Source of the DNA: an uncultured Chloroflexia bacterium
GTDB lineage: Bacteria; Chloroflexota; Anaerolineae; JAAYZQ01
Assembly: GCA_963700285.1 (NCBI GenBank)
Contig: CAVOXA010000014.1
Location: 980,410 to 1,044,409, forward strand
DNA: 64,000 bases
Reading direction: 5' to 3'
Part shown: one piece after another, positions 57,120 through 64,000 of the stretch
Layout: every line of letters begins with the position of its first letter
Position numbering within the stretch: position 1 is the stretch's first letter
Program-made: the position numbers and the translations under genes
Notes under the pieces: model-generated
Told to the model about the DNA's origin: nothing
The model's input: the letters and a program-made list of their open reading frames with translations, nothing else
The model's database searches: none

Positions 57120-57913
57120 CTATGTCTGATCTCCAGCCGCTATCCCTGCGAGTTGAGCTGCAATTGCCTGCTGAAGAGCAGTGGCCTCCCCGTGTCTGAG
57201 CGTTGCTCGTCGGACATCCATCCGCTCCTCCAGCACCCACAAAGAGGGCTGGTACGCCTTCCAGTGCGACCCGAAGCCATCCGATTCGAGAAAGGCCACG
57301 GCTGCGTCTTCCTCGAAAGCCCTCAAGGTCAATCTGCGGTGACAGATGCCGCTGCCACCAGGCCCAGACGACGAGCGGAAACACCTCGCGGGACACCGGC
57401 AACCGGGCGGCAAACCGGTATTCCCCTCTGCGCTCTCCCTCGTCCAGCACGCCAAAGTACTGAAGGCTCCGCAGGAAAGCGCTGGCCGCATTGGTCACCA
57501 CCTTGCGTTGGCCGAACTGGACTAGCGGTGTGCCGGCGTACATCGCTGCTGTCTAGCTCGTCGCCCAGGGCGTGGCGACGCACCAGGAATCTGGTCGCTT
57601 CCTGGGCGACCTCGTTCTGGGCAATGAGATGCGCCAAGTAGGCCGGGGCCATCGTGCTGGCCGGATACGCCCGGCTATAGGCCACCCACACGTCTCGCTC
57701 GGCTGTGCGACGCGACTGGCCGCCGCCTTCGGTGGCGACAAAGTAGCGCAGGATGACGGTCAGGCTGTTGCGTCGCGTCTTTTCGCCGCCCAGTTCCTGC
57801 ATGGTATGGGCAAGCGCCGCTTCCACCAATTCGCCGATGGGCTGTGCTGGCTGCCACAAGGCGTGGACGTCGTGGATCCACTGGGGCTTGACAGGGAAAT
57901 CGAGGCCGATCAT
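57120..57913 (-). CDS. brxA: BREX type 3 BrxA-like protein (frameshift near 57520)
   Basis: MIG.D..., TRRNSLTVI.RYF, FGQRKVVTNAASAFLRSLQYFGVL; ATGA overlap with pglZ; position last of the core genes as in BREX-3. Confidence 0.65.
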
Positions 57914-59943
57914 GTGCCAGCACCTCCTGGCGAGCGGGTGATCTCCACAAAGGGCACCACCAGTTCCTCCAGCGACAGCCCGCCGTGGGAGATGTGCGTA
58001 GCCCCTTGCGTGTCAAAGAGCTGCGTGCCGGGCGCATAGACGGGGTGCACGTCGGGCGGCAGGGCCTTGGTGCGGTACAGTCGCAGGCCGTGCTCCGCGG
58101 CATACTCCTCCGCCAGGTCGGCCCGGTCAAAGAGGACCACACGCCGGGCATAGCTCTCTATCAGGGCCTTGGGTGGCTTCAGGCCACTGCCCACGCCGGC
58201 GATGTTGCCGTGGTCGGCGGTGAGGTAGACGCGGTAGCCGTTCTTGAGCAACAGATGCGAACAGCTCAGCCAGGCGGCCGTTCTCCAGGTGGCCCTGCAG
58301 CGTGGCATAGTAGACCCGCTTGTCGGCCTCCGGCGTCATACCCTTGACGGCGTGCATCACCTCGTCAAAGAGATTGACCAGCACACCCAGCCGCCGGTTC
58401 CTGCCCTCGGCGATGGCTCGCACCTCGTCCAGGCCCTGCCCATTCACCTTGACCGCCGCGTAGGCCACCCGCTGCCTGGGGACGTTGTGGTTGACCCAGT
58501 AGGCCTGCCAGCGTTCGGCATCCTTGTCCGTTCGCTGCAGCGTCTCGGCAAAGGCCGTGGGCGGGCGGCCGGCAAAGAGCGCCTGGCGCGAGCCACAGGC
58601 GTCACCGTGGGCGCCACGGCGTAGGTGCGGTTCTCGTCGAAAGCCAGGCCGGGCAGCGCCGGACCGAGCCACTCGCGCAGCAGGAACCACTGGTCCAGGG
58701 CCAGCCCGTCGAAGCAGAGCAGGGCCAGGCGCTCGTCGCGGCCGCACGTGCTGGAGAAACCAGCGGTTGACCTGGCTGAGACAGATGGGCCCCTTATTGT
58801 CCCAGTAATGGTCTACGGCGCTGTAGCGCGCCTGGACGAACGTCCAGAAGCTGCTCGTCCAGGGCTGCACGGGCCGCGGCCAGGTCGGGCTGGACCTGTG
58901 TCATAGATCGCCAGCGGGCAGGGTGTTGGCCTGGTAGACGACCTCGGCCCACTCGATTGGCCAGGTTGAGCCAGTCGCGCAGGTCGGTCTTGCCGCTGGG
59001 CAGGGTCGTCTCGTCCATGGCCTGGAAGCGGGCCAGCCGCGTCTTGAGGTTGTAGAGGGCCTGCGTCGGCCCGCTCCTTGACCGGCCGGCCCGCGTTCCT
59101 GTCGCGTGAGGCCAGGCCGATGGCCGTCCACTCCTGGCGTGGGCGGCGCTCTCCGGCGCCGGGGCGCGGGCGACCAGCCCCTCGGCAAAGAGGTAGCCCA
59201 GCAGCGGGCGCAGCCGGGCGTCGCCCAGGTCCACCGCCGGCGGCGTCGCCCTCGCCGGCCAGCGTGCGCGACGTAGGCCGCCCAGCTGCTCGCCCAGCCA
59301 GGCGTAGAAGGCGCCGGCGTCGGTCAGGAACTCGGGACGCAGACCGGTGTGGGCCACGCCGCGGCAGGAGGCGCTGGATGACGTACTCTTCCAGGGCCGG
59401 CGGCAGCTCGCGGGCGCTGTAGTGCTTGTGGATCAGGAACTCGACCCAGCGAGCCGGATCGCCCGCGCCAGCCGGGTCCAGGCCAAAGCAGACGCGCAGG
59501 ATGAACTCGATGGTCGGCCGCTCGCCGCGCAGCATCTCGCCGCGCGCCACGAGCTGCTGGTGGGCCGGGTAGAGGTCGGCATAGTAGGCGTTGTCCAGTT
59601 GGCGGACGACGATGGCGTTGAGGTTGGGGAAGAGGCTGCTCACGCTCAGCTCGATGCGCTTGCTCTTCTGCCACAGGTCGTAGGGGATGTGCCGCTCGCC
59701 GTCGGTGGTGTGGACCACAACGACGATGTGCAGCGCCTCGCCGTCGTCCCAGCGGCTGCGGTAGTTGCGCTCGAACAGGTTGCGGAACGAGACCTCGTCG
59801 TCCAGCTCCAGCACGTCATAGTTGCTGTTCTGGATCTCGGCCAGCAGGGCGTCGTCGCGCATCAGGTTGTCGGGGTCGATGACCAGGAGCATCCGCTCCC
59901 GCTTGGGCGTGAAATGGGCCAGGATGGCTTCTTGCCAGGTCAT
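57910..59943 (-). CDS. pglZ: BREX type 3 phosphatase PglZ (multiple frameshifts)
   Basis: WQEAILAHF..LVIDPD.L..YRSRWD.G..IPYDL..LFPNL N-terminus; ALLCFDGLALDQW; SRQALFAG; TADHGN; SHGGLSLEELVVP. Confidence 0.88.
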
Positions 59944-60022
59944 TGCATCCCTCGTTTGATTGCACCACAGAGGCACGGAGCTCCTGTGGCTTTCTCAGCG
60001 TTTACCGTGCGCCCGTGGTTCG

Positions 60023-62470
60023 TCACCCTTCCACCTTCGCCTCAGCAATATCCACAAAATCGAACAGGTCGGGGCTCGATTCCAGCAGCCGCTTGGGCAG
60101 CCGGCGGCCGACCGTCAGGATGTCCTGGAAGCGACCGGCACGGTAGGCCTCGGTGAAGCCGGCGACCAGCGCCTCCTTGCGCACCTCCTTCAGCCGGCCC
60201 CCGGCGCGCGCCGTCTCCAGGTACTCCTCGAACTGGCGCAGCAGCCGCGCCTGGCGCCTGGCCTCCAGCTCGGCCTGGGTGAGGGCGTCGGGGCGCTTCC
60301 AGCGGCCATTGGTGCGGACGAAGCCCTCTTCCAGCATGGTCATCGGTTCCGGGAGCTCGTCCTCCGAGGTTTGCAGGGCCTTGACAAAGGCGGTATAGAT
60401 CTCGTCGTAGGTCTTGGGCGTCGCCAGGAAATCCCACAGCCACTGGCGGGCGCTGCGCTCGTCGCTGATAAAGAGCACGGCCTGGCCGGCGCCCCGTTTG
60501 GCGTGCTTCGTCTTGCGCGTTTCGTACTCGTTGGCCTGGGCCTCGTCGGCGAACCAGTAGCCGTCGCGCTCGACCAGGCCCCACTGGGGCAGGGCACGGT
60601 AGAACTGCTCGGCGTTGTAGGCCACCTGGTAGCCGTGCTGGACGTAGTAGGCCAGGTACTTGGAGTAGAGCATCTCCTTGCTGCGCTCGACGTTGGCGGC
60701 TACCGGCAGCTGAGCCAGATGCTGCCGCACGAAATCGGCCTCCAAGTCCCTGCCCAGCTTGAGAGAGGAATCGCTGTGAGAAGCTGTCTCGCGGTTTGTA
60801 GGCGTTGATGACCAGATCGTTCTTGACCGGCACCGGGCGCAGTGACTTGCTTGAAGGTGCCCTGCTTCTTGTCCAGACAGTGACTTGAGCAACCAGAAAG
60901 CCAGCGCGGGCCAGGGCCTCTTGAATTGCGTTCCAGACGCTGGCTTTCGAGTTGTGGAAACACGACGGTAATCCAGCGATCCGGTTTGAGAATTCGATAC
61001 ATCTCCGCGAAACAAGCGGTCATCAACTCACGATAGTCGTCAAGTTGCTTTCGTTGAGTTCTGTTGATGATTGCTTCAGGCTGTTATTCGTGAAAACACC
61101 AGCCAAGCTTCCCACAGGAAGTTCAGCTCAGAGTACATCAGGTTGCCACCAAAAGGCGGGTCAGTGAAGATGTAGTCGACTGAATCTGGCAGGTATGTTT
61201 GCCAGATCCGTTGCAGACTGTGTGGTAATGAGCACTGCCATCTTGGACGTCGCTGATGCATCTTGGCAAGATCGCTCAGCTTGGACTCTCAGCAGCCTTA
61301 TGAACGCGATGTCTCTGTCATGAACGAGGCATATATAGAGTGCCACGAGCAGGTTTATCGCACCTGCCACGGTTGCCGGAAGTTGTATACTGTCATTTGG
61401 AGCGTCAAGGCTGCTCATCTGAGGTGAGGCAGATCAGCAAAGCATTGCGTAGGCCGAACGTCGTCTCTGGGAAAGCCGCATCGATGAACAGATGTTGCCA
61501 ATGTCCACAGATTGCGCTTCGGTAAAGAACTGATGGACGTGCATATGCCGTCTGATGCCGAGTCGTACATGGTTCCCCATCGCTGCACCGATGAACATCA
61601 TTCTTTCAGCTGGGGTACCAGTACGGGATCTCGCGCTGCTTCGATTCTGCGAATCAGCTCCAAATCATGTCGTCAGGCTTCTTTGTCATAGCGTCGTCTT
61701 GCCGACCGAGTAGTTAATGAACACAGGTACTGTCCAGAGCCTGCCCATCGCTGTTCAGAAGACTCTGCGTCATGTGATCGCTTACTCAGCTTCGCACCGC
61801 ATTCGGGACAGGGGAACTCATCGCTCACCTCCCTGCCGGCCATCATCCACGGCTAGCATCCCAAAGGACATGTTTCGTCTACGCAGTATGGGCACTGGAA
61901 GCACGTCACTCCAGACCGTGAAATTGATGCGTTGCCCTTGCGACCATCAATATGTCTGGTCTCGTACATCCAGCCGCATTCTCTCTTCAACTTGCTTTGA
62001 GAATCTGCTTGAGCCTCGCATACGAAGTCTGATCGAGTCTACTGGCGTGTTGTAGTTGTAGGCGATGAAGGTCGCAGCAGGCGAAAGGTCGCACAGTATC
62101 GCATGGCGACCTGCATCTGAGCAGCAATCACCAGTCATACCCGTGCCGCAGAAGCCGTCAAAGACGATGTCGCCTGGCTCAGTGTAGTGCTCGATGAACG
62201 GGATGATGGCCTTGTAGGGCACTTTGGTGTGGTAGGCATGGGCTTGTAGATGGGATCGCTCTTGCCTTCGGAGACATCGCCTACGTACGGCTCGCGGTGG
62301 TAGTCGTCGGTGGCCTCGTCGTAGGGCGTGCCCCACTTCTCGATGAACTCGGCGATGTGGGGGTTGGGGTAGGCGGTATAGTGCGGCGGGTCGGACAGGG
62401 CCAGCAGGTCCTCGTCCTCGCCGATGGGAAAGCCCTCGATGTGGCGGAGTTCGTCCAGGTTGTCAGTCAC
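60023..62470 (-). CDS. pglXI: BREX type 3 adenine DNA methyltransferase PglXI, copy A (multiple frameshifts)
   Basis: GFPIGEDEDLLALSDPPHYTAYPNP, AHAYHTKVP, DGFCGTGMTG (motif I), DLSPAATFI, VWSDV, DYIFTDPPFG (motif IV), DLVINAYKP; GTG after AAGGAGG. Confidence 0.85.
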
Positions 62471-63340
62471 TATGCTTCTCCTCCTTGCACGAGACCATGT
62501 GGTCATCATGGCCAGTTACTCGAGCAGATCGCTATGCCTCCACCTTCGCCTCAGCAATGTCCACAAAGTCGAACAGGTCAGGGCTGGACTCCAGCAGCCG
62601 CTTGGGCAGCCTGCGGCCCACGGTCAGGATGTCCTGGAAGCGGCTGGCACGGTACGCCTCGGTGAACCCGGCGACCAGCGCCTCCTTGCGCACCTCCTTC
62701 AGCCGCCCTCCGGCGCGCGCCGTGGCCAGATACTCCTCGAACTGGCGCAGCAGCCGCGCCTGGCGGCGTGGCCTCCAGCTCCGCCTGGGTCAGGGCATCC
62801 GGGCGCTTCCAGCGGCCATTGGTGCGGATGAAGCCCTCTTCCAGCATGGTCATCGGTTCCGGGAGCTCATCCTCCGAGGTTTGCAGGGCTTTGACAAAGG
62901 CGGTATAGATCTCGTCGTAGGTCTTGGGCGTCGCCAGGAAATCCCACAGCCACTGGCGGGCGCTGCGCTCGTCGCTGACAAAGAGCACGGCCTGGCCGGT
63001 GCCCCGTCTTGCCGTGTCTTCGTTTTGCGCGTTTCGTACTCTTGGCCTGGGCCTCGTCGGCGAACCAGTAGCCGTCGCGCTCCACCAGGCCCCACTGGGG
63101 CAGGGCGCGGTAGAACTGCTCGGCGTTGTAGGCCACCTGGTAGCCGTGCTGGACGTAGTAGGCCAGGTACTTGGAGTAGAGCATCTCTTTGCTGCGCTCG
63201 ACGTTGACCGCTACCGGCAACTGGGCCAGGTGCTGGCGGACGAACTCCGGCTCCAGTCCATGCCCGGCCTGGCGAGATGAAACGTTCCTTGAAGGACCTG
63301 TCCGTGGCTTGTAGGCATTGATGACCAGATCGTTCTTGAC
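60031..63340 (-). repeat. About 800-bp direct repeat (60031-60830 vs 62540-63340)
   Basis: Offset about 2510 nt; about 5 mismatches in the 200 nt compared by eye (60291-60490 vs 62801-63000). Confidence 0.9.
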
Positions 63341-64000
63341 TGCGCCAGGTGCGGTGACTCTGCTTGTACGTGCCCTGTTCTTTGTCCAGGACAGCAACTT
63401 GGGCAACTAGGAAACCAGCACGTGCCAGGGACTCTTGGATGGCATTCCAGACAGCTGCACTTGAATTGTGGAATACGACTGTGATCCATCGACCAGGCTT
63501 TAGTTTCCTAGCGAGTTGCTGAAACAGCCGATAGCATCAGGCCTCGGTATGATACCAGGTCCTTGCGTTGCGTTTTGCTGCAGATCGCTTCGGGTTTGGA
63601 ATTGGTGAAAACCCGTAGCCACGCTTCCCAGATGAAGTTCATTTCCGAGTACATCATATTGCCTCCAAAAGGAGGATCAACAAAGATGTAGTCAATGGAT
63701 TCATCCGGTACGTTGTTCAAGTCAGTCGCGCTCTGTGTGCTGATGGCAACCCCACAAAACTCAGATGTACGCTCTGGCGCCCACTTCTTGAAGCTGTTCA
63801 GTTTCTTCTCAATCAAGTTCGGAAGATTTCTTTCGGCGTGGATTGAAGTCGGTTGTAGCGTATTGGGTATTTGCCCTGCCAGATTGATGCTGCCTTTCGA
63901 GATTCCTACATTGTGCATTCTGGAGCCAGTCTTGGTCATGACTGAGGTTATTGCGAAACGTAGGACTGCGGACACTTCATACGGCATCTTGCTGGCTCGT
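62532..64000 (-). CDS. pglXI: BREX type 3 PglXI methyltransferase, copy B (5' end outside window; frameshifts)
   Basis: QSATDL..DYIFVDPPFGGN..YSEMN, AVKNDLVINAYKP, C-terminus near-identical to copy A. Confidence 0.85.

Noticed and set aside
60031-63340. pglXI duplication as a pure assembly artefact
   Set aside because: Differences are mostly synonymous, the last codons and downstream flanks differ, and the middle regions differ; not fully excluded without reads

Overview
The window looks like a Chloroflexota (Anaerolineae-like) chromosome segment; this is inferred from lineage-typical LysM, GT-C, xYLPxV motifs and mevalonate kinase. 1-7.8 kb is the end of the spc/alpha ribosomal cluster (secY-adk-map-rpmJ-rpsM-rpsK-rpsD-rpoA-rplQ-truA-rplM-rpsI), with infA absent and an L17 carrying a large insertion. 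8-20 kb holds a His-less sensor-kinase homologue, a LysM protein, an S8 protease, a PBP2-like protein, mvk, rph, a SanA-like protein and a secreted Ig-repeat protein. 20-24 kb is tig-clpP-clpX with a 20-bp hairpin tandem array. 24.4-27.9 kb is a three-gene operon (TudS/DUF523-like, MtaA/URO-D-like, adenine deaminase) that may catabolise thio/methylthio-purines. 28-49.5 kb is a cell-envelope glycosylation locus with four GT-C/YfhO proteins, a B12 radical SAM enzyme, an SGNH protein, GT2/GT4 enzymes and an epimerase. 50-53 kb holds adenosine deaminase, small ORFs, several palindromic repeat types and an orphan promoter carrying an SOS-box-like operator. 53.4-64 kb is a type 3 BREX-like defence locus with two tandem pglXI methyltransferase paralogues (near-identical C-termini, divergent middles), pglZ, brxA and an operonic RecD-like helicase-nuclease. 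Many frameshifts beyond 45 kb look like sequencing errors.
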